Source: Raillietiella orientalis
Lineage: Eukaryota
Reading direction: 5' to 3'
NCBI GenBank assembly: GCA_036172245.1
Contig: JAYWIR010000026.1
Location: 434,001 to 498,000 of the forward strand
DNA: 64,000 bases
Each line of letters opens with the position of its first letter. The first letter of the stretch is position 1. Below are positions 51,403 to 63,048 of the stretch, one piece after another. The notes under the pieces were generated by a model. That model did not search any database and was not told the DNA's origin. It saw only the letters and a list, made by a program, of their open reading frames with translations. The position numbers and the translations under genes are program-made.

Positions 51403-52659
51403 CACGTCCTTCCATCTCCATCATTTCCTTCCTCCGGCTCGCCAAGCACCAGCAGCCACTTGCTCCATCACGCCGGCCACACGGCGGCCAGAAGGAAGCT
51501 TCGTCCACCGTCACTGACCGAGTGCCTTCTCACCCCCGGTGGCGCCGGGACGTTCGTCCCAACACAAACGAGCAGACACGCCCAAACGCAAAAGAAGTCC
51601 ACCGGCACGCAGACGTCTTTTCAAAAAGTCCAGCAGCGGAGCGAGCGGACAATACAGTGGTAGCAGGGAGGGGTCCCTGGTTTCATCCACTCGTTTCCTC
51701 CTACAACCGGGTGTGTGTACGGTGGCGATCTCCCCCTGACGACCTGTACTCCTTGGAGGGGAGGTCACCTCGTGGCCGTCCTCATCAAGGCCATGTCGGC
51801 GGCGACCTGCCTTCGCTGCGCCCGAGGCAGCACACGCAGGGCTGCGACGAGGTCTGTCGAGTGGGCACCCGACCAGCTTCTTCGGCTAAAGGAGTCCCTC
51901 TGCCCTGTCCGGGAACGAGGGGTGAGCGCGGGGCAGCGGACGGTCCACTCCCGGTTCCCGAGGGCATTCAGACGCGGGCGTTGGCGCCATCGTGCTGCGA
52001 GGTGGGAACTCCAGCGCGCGCACCTCGGCTCGGCTCTCGCTCGACGCTCGGCGCAGAGAGCCAACCTGCCTTCTCCGGGGACGTGGATCATGGCTGATGT
52101 GGCTCGGCGACCACCGGCGCCGCGGCGAGGTCCACCGAGCCACCGAACCGCCTCTGAATTGCTCGGCTGCTGGTAAGTGCCGACTCAGCCTGCGCAGCCG
52201 CTCGACCCGCGTGGCGCTCCACCGGACCGGGTCGCGGCATCCACGCGGCTACCGGGCAGGAGACGCACCTCCACCTTGCCTAAGCCTCCAATGCGATGAC
52301 CAGCGCTGGGGGCGTGCACTGCGCTTCGGACACCAGGCGGGGGGCGGGAGAGTTGACGGGCGCACTTTGGGGTGGCACGGTGGCGTGGGTACCTGGGAGG
52401 CAGCTCGACCCCGACCACCGAAACAGACAGGAGCTCTATCAGTACTGCGCTCAACTCTCCCTAGCAATATCGCTGCCACGTCCTTCCATCTCTTTTTTTT
52501 TTATTTTTATCTCTTGGTCTTCCTGTTTTTTCCTTGGTTCTTTGAGTACTCGAGAGCACAGCCACGTGGACGCTCCTTGTGGTGCACCCGAGCAGAGCGT
52601 GGAGCGACGGACGCTTCTTATCGATGCGCAGCCGAAGGCTCAGCGCCATCGCGTGTTGG
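51403..52659 (+). repeat. Repeat A copy 2 (about 1.26 kb); contains a decayed Gypsy connection/RNase H
   Basis: Inverted near-identical copy of 59038-60297; VEWAPDQLLRLKESLCPV, SDAGVGAIVL...SARLS, ATEPPL. Confidence 0.9.
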
Positions 52660-53169
52660 TGATGCGCGCTGCCGCGCACGGGCGCACCTGCTCCGGTTTC
52701 GGTATTTGGTTGTCCTCAGCGCACTCGTTGCGATGCGACGGGGATGTTGATGGAACTGACTTCACCTTCTCATCCACCGCCTCGAGTACGGGCGAGCTTT
52801 AAGCGTTCCTGAAAGGCGATTTGTGTGGATCTTGGAGATGCTATGTCCGGTAGTGGCGACCACCTCCGTCCGGATTTCCGTGTTTGACCGTTGAGAACGC
52901 ATCTCATTCAACACAACAAAGGCAGCACAGCCACTGCTCGAATCGTCGCCCTGGAGCCATCCCTTGCCCCGTGGTTTGAACCGAAGGTCCAGTGAGGCTG
53001 GACGCTGGAGTGGGCTTTCCAATGGCACGACATTCTTCCCCGGTCCAACCTGAGGTGGAGCGGAATTTATGGGTCCGAAAGCACGCGCACTGTTGCAAAA
53101 AAAAAAAAGGAAAGCAACCAATTCAGTAGCTCGTTGTTGCTCTGGGTAACGCGATAGGGTGATTTCACT

Positions 53170-53800
53170 GCTTGACTACTGAGCCGCAGGACAAGGTCAT
53201 CGCTGTTTCTGTGGGGCACGTGCTCAGCAAGTAGGCTGGGCTGGGGCGAATCGCAGGTTCCACGCTGGCGGCTCCGCTTCTGGATGTTTTTGGAGGATGC
53301 AGCGCATGGTTCTTGCTGGGGATCCACCGTAGCCTCGTTCTGTGGCACCCCTGACCACTTGTCGACCCTCGAAACAGTTTCGCAGATGTGTGCAGGTGCA
53401 GGTCGTCTTCCGTGACCCCTCATGCGGGGCAGCTTCCCACCCGTGTCGAAGACCGCACAGGGTCGTCCGCGATGAAACGCCAGGACGCCACCTTGGATCT
53501 CTGACTGTTGGTCGCCTCTCCACAGGACAGTCCCGATGGGGCGTGAGTTCATGGTCAAAGTTCCCTACTCTTCGGAACGACTTTTAGCCTGGCGGTCTTG
53601 GTGAGAATTCGCTTCTTCGGCTAGGTGGATCGAAGCAGTCCATCACTCCGCACCTGCTCTTGGACTGCGGTGCCCTCCAGGAACTGGTGGCGGAAGCTGG
53701 GAGCAGCACTGCTGCACCAGGAGGACACCGCCCGAGACGTGCCGCGGTGGTTCTTCGTGCCGGGAGGACTCTCTACGGGAGTGGTGGTCTCAACCACAGG
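53170..53800 (-). mobile_element. Decayed non-LTR RT fragment
   Basis: SPPGTKN, NSRPIG, AFHRGRPC, RGTCDSPQPSL and NSDDLVL in RT motif order. Confidence 0.45.
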
Positions 53801-55129
53801 GTTGCATCCGCGCCATCGACACGTGCTGGAGACCGCAATGCAGCGAAGGGAGGTCATCAGGATGGCAGTCGCTCACGAAGGATAAGATCGCCGGCATCCA
53901 CCTCCGGTTGGTGGACAGTTGGGAACGGCGGACTTCGGTGACCCTTGCCTCCTCACACCATTTATTTATTTATGCATTTTCATTTCCTCATTCCTTTTCG
54001 CCGTTCGCTCCGCGCCTTCCCTGTGATTTTGCTTTTAACCTGATGCACACGGAGCCAACTCAAAGATCCCTGCCCCATCCTACCGCATTCATTTTTTTGT
54101 CTCCCGTTCCTGACTTTTCGATATCCCGGCCTGCGAGTCGGCGGGTCCCACCCTCAGCTCCTTCTGCCTTCGATTGGGAACCAGCTTGTTCCCGACCGGT
54201 TCATTTTTTTACTAAATGCACGCCCCGGAGTGACTGGCCGAAGAAATTCATCCCGTGGTAGCTGACGACCTGCGAGGAATGCTGGCCGGGATCCACGTGG
54301 TCTTTCTGCCGAAGAATTCGGCGACCCCTCCGAAGGAGAACCGCTTCCGTGCTCACGGCCGTCCCGATCCGCACTTCAGAGGTGGCTCAGGGCAACAGGA
54401 ACGACGGGGGTTGCGAATTAGCGGAAGGCAAGCGCCTGCCTCCGGGCATTTGCAGCCCGACACACGACTGGAAGGTTCATCCGAAGACCCCGAAAGCCGA
54501 AATCCCCGAACGATCAGAATCCCACCAGATTATAAAAACGTGGTTACCATATACAACCCTTATTTTCTTTTCTTTGTATATATATATATGCCAAGAAGCA
54601 AAGATGGGCTGTCCTACAAATGGTCCTACAATAATCGTACATGATATATATTAATTCGTATATCAGTCTTTACGTATTTATCCCTTTGAGTGCTGTGGAC
54701 AAATATGTATGCGTTCGACAAATGTTTTTACACTGTACACGCGACATAAGTTAACACGATCCGTGTTTGAGACGGACGCGCGCACTGACGTTCTTATCAT
54801 TACCTTGGCAACGACACTTTATAAGGTCAATCGGTAGAGCACGGGGTACGTGGAAAAGAATGCCGTCCACAGAGGTCACGACTGCGACTCGCGTGTCGTC
54901 AACACGGAACGTTTCAATCTGATGAGCTCCTCACCCAAGGGATTGCTTATAGGACCCATTTGTAGGGCAACCCATCTTTGCTCTCCTTCTTCTGTTTAAC
55001 CCACGCGGCGAGGTGAGGGAAAGCTCCCAGCGTAGGGGCAGGCCATGGAAGGCGTGGACCCCGATGCGCTCGGTGTTCCAGAATTCTCGTGGGCGTCGTA
55101 GGACGGGAAAGATCCCGCGTCCGGTTACG

Positions 55130-55420
55130 TCACTCTCTCACTCTTCTCGTGCCGGGGGCCTCCCTGACCTCGCGGTGGTCGCCTCCAAACAGCCGACGCG
55201 GCGCAGGCTCTCGACGTGAGCAAAACACCCTCTCGGAACAGGTGGGGAAGAAGGAGGGATGGGGCCGGCGAAGAGGGAAGGGCGGAGCCGGCTTCATGGG
55301 GATGAACGCGGACCCGCTGGTGCGAGGACGGATGGGTCGGCACAGAGGACGAAGATCTGAACCCGGGCCACGCTTGCCCCATTCCGAGGGAAGCTGACGG
55401 GGTGCCCAGGCGCTGGCGGC
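55130..55420 (+). mobile_element. RLE endonuclease-domain relic
   Basis: GLPDLAVV / AQALDVS / PLVRGRMG (PD...DV...PxVxGxxG). Confidence 0.4.
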
Positions 55421-55549
55421 ATCGGAGGCCAAGGGCCTCCACCTCCGCGGCGGGAGTAGGGCCTGGGTAGTGCTCCTTTCTGTCCCCACAAGCCTGTGAT
55501 ATTCTCCTGTCATCCGATGCGATCAAAATCCCGAAAGGTCGTAAGAGAT

Positions 55550-55940
55550 GTTAATTACATATAATAAGCATATATATTTATTTGTAGTAGTCTTAAGTGT
55601 ATGTATATGTAGATATATGAACGCACATGGATAGATAGATATGGATATATATATATATATATAGATAGATAGATAGATGAACGGTGTAATCAGCATACGT
55701 GCTTATTACACATATTCATAGAAGTTGCCAGTTGTACTGTTGATATATCTATAGACGTGCGTTGATATACCTATTGAAGGTTGTAAAACAAATGTATATG
55801 CTTATTATATGTATAGTTACATAAATATGATGTAAAAATAAGAATACATGGATTAATATATATCATGAAGGTTATAAAAAAAAATAAACACACGTGCTTA
55901 TTTTATATGCATATATATGTATTTATGTGTACATACACAC
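55550..55940. repeat. AT-rich low-complexity tract with (TA)n and (TAGA)n
   Basis: Seen directly. Confidence 0.9.
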
Positions 55941-58900
55941 ACCCATAACGAGCTTCTCAGGGTTCGGTTTTCTTCCTCTGCGAGCGTCTGAAATGGCATT
56001 CCGGGCGCTTGGCTTCGGGGCGTGGTCCGCCGCGCCACCGGAAGCAGCGCTTGCGCTGCACGATCTTTCTTTAAAACAGGTTGGCGTTCCTCCCCCCTCC
56101 TCCTCCAGCCCTTCGTTGGTGCGCACGCGCGCAGGCGGTGAGGCCCCTTTTGCCCCGTCTGTCCCACCGACTTGCGCAGCGATCTCTCGGATCGCCCTCC
56201 CTGGGGACCGCAATTTCTCACCGGGCGGCGGATGGTCACTCCGAGAGGTCAGCGCGCGCAGTCCCTTACCGGAAGACGAGCGAGCAGAGGGACGATGAGG
56301 GTTCCTGGCCACCGACGGCTCGCGTTCCACGGGACGGAGGGACCTCCCAGGGAAGTCACATGAGGGGCTTTCGACGCGCGCTCGCCGCTCGGAGGGGCGC
56401 CCTCCGCTTGGGAGGTGCTTCAGAGAGCTTTCTCACCCGCCCGCCGGCTGCGTTCGTTGCCACTGGAGGCGAGCCACGCCGTCCCTCGCGCCCTCTCGCC
56501 CACTCACCGCCCTCCACGGGCAGCAGGGACTCCCGCTGCCGGCTCGAAGGCTTCTTCGTCCGAGCGGAGCGGTGGCTGCAAAAGATACCTTCTGCCATGG
56601 TGAGTGGGCTCGCCATCTGCCGGGTGGAACGTTGCCTCGACAGGGACTGCTCCTTCGTTGCCCCGGTGATTTTCCTCTTCCCCAGCTGGAGCACGCCCAT
56701 TCGCAGCGTCTGTCTCCTTAGCTGTCCGTTCGCTCAGCTCAAGTAGGGAGGAACAGGAACTTGGCACACCGATGACCATCTATCTTTCCGTCCATCTATT
56801 TATCCATCTGTGTACCTGTTTGTCTGTCTGTCTATCTATCTCTCTATCCATCTGTCCATCCGCTCGTCGGCAATGCGCTGCGAAGGACTTTCGCCGCTGC
56901 CGGCTCAGGAAGACCACTCTCGGAGACCTCCTGAGGCATCTGTCCTCGCTGCTGGGGGCTCACCCATGGGTCTCCTGCCGCCTCCCGGACTGGAATGTGT
57001 GGTGGCCGGAGGCACCGGAGCCCTGAATGACCACCCTAGAGGTTCCTCGTCCTCTGCGGAGAGTCCTGTCCGGGTAGCTGGGAGACCTCCTGCAGGACTA
57101 AACGCGGCAGTCCCGGACGGCCCCTTGCCACAACACCTCGCCCTCGGAGCAAACAGAGGTTCCAGAAGTCAGCCGGCGGGGTGAGAGTCCTTAGGATTCG
57201 TAGGAGTTGATCGGCCAGACTGTTGGTCGGCCGCAAAACGCCCAATGGGCACGCGCTGATCTCCTAGAGTCTCGAGAACCCCCGGGATGGTCCCATACCT
57301 TTTGCGCTCGGTGGAGGGTAGCCCACCCTCCCGTCGCCGCGGGTGACCGAGGACGGATGGGTCTTCTGGAAGGGACGGAAGGATGGCTGGTCAAGTGGTC
57401 GAGTGGCCGACGAGAGAGCTGCCGACGAGACGCAGCTCTCCCACCCGCCTGCCCCTCCTGGTTGGCGCTGCCCCAGCTGCGACCAGTCAGACCTTCCCGA
57501 CGGCAGCATGCGACTCGCCGCTCGGAGTTTTCCCTCTGCATGATTCTGGCCCCAGGATGGGGTGGCCTCCCCTGCGCTTGTCGGCATGGCGGAGACCTCC
57601 GACCCCCACCTCATTAGAGAAAAGCGTCCCGCGGGCTTCCTCGTGGACTCTCCTTTGTCTTCCTCTCCCCCCCCCGCCCGAGGGAAGCTGCGCCGCCATC
57701 TTGCCTCCTCTCCCCTCGCAACATCGTCGCGTCTCTTCGGAAGCGACGATCTGCCGGAGTGCCCCTGGGTGTAGCAGGGGTACTCCCTCTGATAGTGGCC
57801 CCAGGGTCTGTTCGGCTGGAGATCCCTCCGACTGTGTCCTCGTAGGACTTCTCCGGTCACGTGCGGGCAACGGGAATTCCCAAATGGGAAGAAGGGAGTG
57901 CCCATCGTCCCCGGGAAACGTCCTCAGCCTCCCTCGTACGGAGGGCGACGAACCAACCTAAAGCGGGACACAAGGCGGGTGCAAGGGAGTGCCGGGGGCT
58001 GGGGGTCAGATCAGGGCGGCTGTGATCTCGCCCCGTCCCATTTCTTCGCGAGGCCAGTCCGTCCCACTCCCATTTCCTTCTTCATCTGTTGACCTTTAGT
58101 CCCCGGTTCTTTCTCCACCGCCGCTCGCGCTCCCTTGCGGTCGAAGGTGGGAAGGGTGGCGCGCCGGGATTCCGGGATTTTCTTTCCCGTGAGCAGCGCA
58201 TTCCGGATGGATGGAGCGGGAGATCGGCTCGCGCATGGCATGAGCGCGCGTCTTCGCCTCCGTCTGCCGCTGCGTTCTCGGAGGGAGTTGAACGGGCTCG
58301 GGAGGGCGACAGGCGGATCGATTTGGTCCCGGGCAAGGCGGGTGCTTGAGCGGGGCCGCAGAAGGCCCGAAGGCTTCCTCTTCAGGGTGCCTCCGCGAAA
58401 TCGCCACCCGCCTGCTGCGGGACGCGCAGTCGTCGCCTCGCACGCGGCTCGCGCCGCCCACCTCCGGGCTGACCATTAGGATTTTTGCGGGAAGATTCTG
58501 AGGTTCGGGCGAGGTGGTCAGGACGGACGGGAATCATGGCTCCATCATGCTTCTCTTGGCTGCGGAGCTTCTTTTCCCCCGCCTTTCCGCCACTTCCCTC
58601 CTGGGGGAGTTTCGCGCCGCTCCACAGCGCTCCCTGCCTGGTGCTGGTCGCTTGCCCTCAGGAGCAGGATCTCGCCTAACGATGGGTGGGTGCGAGACAA
58701 ATGGACGAGGGAAGGAGCGCGTACCCAGAAGCTGCCCGTTTCCTTCCTTTCCCCCTTCCTCCCTCCCAAGCGACGTGCGCAGCGCCACGCTCCGGCGGAC
58801 GCACACACCAGGATGCGCTTGCGCTGCGTTCGCAGAGAGCAGCAGCACCGACTGGGGTCCCGCTTTTCCAGTGCCTCCTCCTGTTGCCTCCCCAACTCCC

Positions 58901-59037
58901 ATATGTTGCACCCGCGCACTCGTCATTGCTTCCCGTGTGCTGCTGAATGGCGTCTCACGAAACCCAAAAGATAAAAACAAAACAAAAAAAGGAACAGATC
59001 GAAAGGAGTGGCAACGCTCAAGCAGCGAGCGTCTCCG

Positions 59038-60297
59038 CCAACACGCGATGGCGCTGCGCCTTCGGCTGCGCATCGATAAGAAGCGTCCGTCGCTCCACGC
59101 TCTGCTCGGGTGCACCACAAGGAGCGTCCACGTGGCTGTGCTCTCGAGTACTCAAAGAACCAAGGAAAAAACAGGAAGACCAAGAGATAAAAATAAAAAA
59201 AAAAAGAGATGGAAGGACGTGGCAGCGATGTTGCTAGGGAGAGTTGAGCGCAGTACTGATAGAGCTCCTGTCTGTTTCGGTGGTCGGGGTCGAGCTGCCT
59301 CCCAGGTTGCCACGCCACCGTGCCACCCCAAAGTGCGCCCGTCAACTCTCCCGCCCCCCGCCTGGTGTCCGAAGCGCAGTGCACGCCCCCAGAGCTGGTC
59401 ATCGCATTGGAGGCTTAGGCAAGGTGGAGGTGCGTCTCCTGCCCGGTAGCCGCGTGGATGCCGCGACCCGGTCCGGTGGAGCGCCACGCGGGTCGAGCGG
59501 CTGCGCAGGCTGAGTCGGCACTTACCAGCAGCCGAGCAATTCAGAGGCGGTTCGGTGGCTCGGTGGACCTCGCCGCGGCGCCGGTGGTCGCCGAGCCACA
59601 TCAGCCATGATCCACGTCCCCGGAGAAGGCAGGTTGGCTCTCTGCACCGAGCGTCGAGCGAGAGCCGAGCCGAGGTGCGCGCGCTGGAGTTCCCACCTCG
59701 CAGCACGATGGCGCCAACGCCCGCGTCTGAATGCCCTCGGGAACCGGGAGTGGACCGTCCGCTGCCCCGCGCTCACCCCTCGTTCCCAGACAGGGCAGAG
59801 GGACTCCTTTAGCCGAAGAAGCTGGTCGGGTGTGCCCACTCGACAGACCTCGTCGCAGCCCTGCGTGTGCTGCCTCGGGCGCAGCGAAGCCAGGTCGCCG
59901 CCGACATGGCCTTGATGAGGACGGCCACGAGGTGACCTCCCTTCCAAGGAGTACAGGTCGTCAGGGGGAGATCGCCACCGTACACACACCCGGTTCTAGG
60001 AGGAAACGAGTGGATGAAACCAGGGACCCCTCCCTGCTACCACTGTATTGTCCGCTCGCTCCGCTGCTAGACTTTTTGAAAAGACGTCTGCGTGCCGGTG
60101 GACTTCTTTTGCGTTTGGGCGTGTCTGCTCGTTTGTGTTGGGACGAACGTCCCGGCGCCACCGGGGTGAGAAGGCACCTCGGTCAGTGACGGTGGACGAG
60201 GCTTCCTTCTGGCCGCCGTGTGGCCGGCGTGATGGAGCAAGTGGCTGCTGGTGCTTGGCGAGCCGGAGGAAGGAAATGGCGGAGATGGAAGGACGTG
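59038..60297 (-). repeat. Repeat A copy 3 (about 1.26 kb)
   Basis: Inverted copy of 51403-52659; direct copy of 44561-45300 over 59537-60276. Confidence 0.95.
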
Positions 60298-60339
60298 GGG
60301 AGCAAGAAAAAATCCAACCCCAACCTCCCCCCTTACAAC

Positions 60340-61020
60340 TTGGTTTGAACCAGGAGTTCAGTCTGGTTCAGCGCTTTTCGTGGCACAAGCTGCAGCCGTT
60401 AGTTTATGCCACCGCTGATTCGCAAAGTCCCTCCTACTCTGAAAACCGGAATCGGTGGCGTCCAGGGGTGTGAGCTTATTCGGCGAAATGGTTTGCCCAT
60501 GGCGTTTTTCCACGTTTCTCTTCGATTGGACTGTGGTCCTGCAAATCCGTCTCGGAGTTGAAGGGTGAATCACCCAGACCACTCCTTGTATCACATGTCG
60601 CTGGAAAGTGCAGAGAGGCTGCGGTGCGGACCACGCTGGATCCGATGCAACTTCTTAATCTGCTGGTTCGGATGACGGCGGGAAGCTGCAACGAGCGCGG
60701 GTCGTTGCGGTCGTCCGACGCCCCTTGCTAGCGGTGCCGGTGGCAGCTCTCATGCGACGTGAAGGGTCGCGGTGGTTGCCGTACTGTGTGCGGATGCGAG
60801 CAGCCCTCAAGCGTAAAGCTCCGCGCGGGTATCTTGCAGGCGAGGAACCGACGCGCGACCTGCGCGTGAGCGCCGAGAGCAGTTGAGCGCGCTCGCACCA
60901 CCCCGCCTGCCTCGTTTCCAGATGGCTCAGGCAAGTCTCACTCTGGAGGCGACGAAACGGCGAGATGTGTGGATCTGCAGGAAATGGTGAACTCCACAAG
61001 ACATCCTTCGCCTTGCATAT
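60340..61020 (-). mobile_element. Decayed Penelope-like element 3' end (RT C-terminus plus GIY-YIG endonuclease)
   Basis: ADPHIS...SETCLSHL...CERAQLLS...RYPRG (KPTH...SxHP...RAxxL...NGYP), then QGVVWVIH...TVQSKRNVEKRHGQ (GVVYxI...GQTxRxLxxRxxEH). Confidence 0.55.
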
Positions 61021-62469
61021 CACAAAGCACCGACGCTATTGAAGCTTTGTACCTTACCTTTGTCCTCAAAGCGAAGAACGGTTACTTATGATATATACAC
61101 ATATATAGACGCCATAGAGAACCCTTCTGATATATAAACAGTAATTTAACATCAGAAATAGGTAAGTTTTCTAAGTGTAATACACCAATGGATTTGGATA
61201 CGATCCCTGTTGCAATAGGGACCGTTGGAAAAAACCAACAGATCCCGGAAGTGAATTCTTGATCGAAGCTGGATCCTGCGGTCAGAAAGGACAACGGATC
61301 CATCATTCTGGATGCCACCTGAAGATACGTTGGAGGTATCTCGAGAGAGGGATAGGAAAGACAATGCTGACCATTAGCACCATAGCTATCCTGCCCCGAG
61401 GTGCAAGGCCGCTGTGACCACAGGATCGTGGAGGTTGAGAAAAATGGAATGGTCTTCACGGAGCCAGATGTCCCGTCGCCGTATTCGGGTAAGAGGAAAA
61501 AGTTCATGGTGCCTTGTGATGCGCGATGACGAAGGGTGGGAGTCCAACACGAGGAGAATGCGGAGGGGTGGATGCGGCTTCGACGGACCAGATTGCACAG
61601 ACGAGGATTAAGTACCCACTTTGCGTTTCATGGACACCGAGTAGTGCACCTCGCGCTGCTTGTGCCCCAAATCGCTGATGCTCACCATCGACAAGAAGAG
61701 CGCGCACGTCTCTTCTGGGGTTAGCTCCGGCAGGGAAGCTGACTACCACGATTTCTCGCCAGGTCACACACGGCGGAACCGCGTGCCCCCGACGAAAACC
61801 GCGCGCATCCTTCGATTGCAAGCCCGAAATCCGCTGGAAAGCTGCTGACCCTCCACTCATCGGCTGCGATGACCAAGTCACCCAGCAGTAATGAGTTCAA
61901 ACCAAAGTCGTTCATGGTCGGCTCATAATCATGACACTAATGGAGTGTGTATGTGTGTGTTTTTTTACTACAGGAGTGACGGCAACCAAAGAATAACCAT
62001 TAGCCTCGTAGTATTCTTGCAGAAGAAAATTCAACCTTCGAACTCTTTACTACCAGTGACGGGATCTGGCTCGATGTGTGCGTCGGGATAAGCACCGTGA
62101 AAGTTACGCGTATTCTGTGCATGTCACAGTGCACGCTGTTCGATACCTTTCTTCCTATCTGACGAAACACCTCCCAAGTCTCTTTATCCTCTCAGTTCCA
62201 TGGAACACTTTCTCACTTGGCTTCTTCGTGCGTCTTTTCATGTGTGCGAGTGATTTCCTTGGTCACAGACTGTGATTTTCCTCGACACAGTTGTTCGTGT
62301 TTGCTGGACAGAGTCCAGAGAATGGGTTGCAGGCTGCCTTTCTTCCAGCCTCAAGCAACCACGGGGGCCGAATACGTCATCAGGGCTGAGCAGCAGCAGG
62401 GATTTCACCGATGAGTTTGACTAACGTCTTCCCTTCGGTGACTCAAGAACTGGCTGACCATCTCTCGAT

Positions 62470-63048
62470 CAGCGGCGGTCAGCCTGCGGAGAGAGAGGCT
62501 GCTCCCGACATGCAGCTTCGCCATCCGAGCGAGCCCGATCGAGGCGACCCGAAGGAATCGAAGGATCGGTTCGAGAGGAGGAATCGCCCTTCGGCGATCC
62601 CGGACACGACAAGCTGCACGGAATGCGCACCGCAGCGCACGTGTCGAGCCGTGTCGATCGCTTCTGTAAAGCGGCACGCGCGTTCGCTGCACACGGCGGA
62701 CACCGACCACTCTTCTTCATCGGAGGCGTCCTCCGGACGCGGCGACAGGGAAACGCACGTGACCGCACCTTCGCGCGGAGGCACGCATTGGCGAGCGAGC
62801 GCACGTTTTGGTGACGGAATGCGTGCTCGCTTGGGCCGGCTCCGACCTTTCCTTCGGACGATCCGTCCGAAGGAAACGTCACCGAGCCCAATGATGATGA
62901 CACCCGTGGGATGTCTTGCGGCTGCCAACAGGTCGCCTGTCGGCGCATCCGCCGCCCCGAAGGGCCGCACGTGAAGGAAACATCGCCCTCCGATGTGCCG
63001 CTGCAGTTGCACGGTTTTGCCTGATGGCACTCCTGGATTTCGCGAGGC
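62470..63048 (+). repeat. Dispersed repeat B, copy 2 (579 bp)
   Basis: Direct copy of 24357-24925 with a 10-bp insertion (cgcagcgcac) near 62631. Confidence 0.95.

Noticed and set aside
55950..57950. 5' half of another RLE non-LTR element on the minus strand
   Set aside because: Only vague zinc-finger and RT-like traces; I could not establish ordered motifs
58514..59449. 311-aa plus-strand ORF
   Set aside because: Crosses a repeat boundary and A-tracts; no domain
61550..61710. Polinton-type DNA polymerase B remnant (GFDG ... LRFMDT ... PKSL)
   Set aside because: Motif spacing is too short and the motifs are in different frames; insufficient evidence
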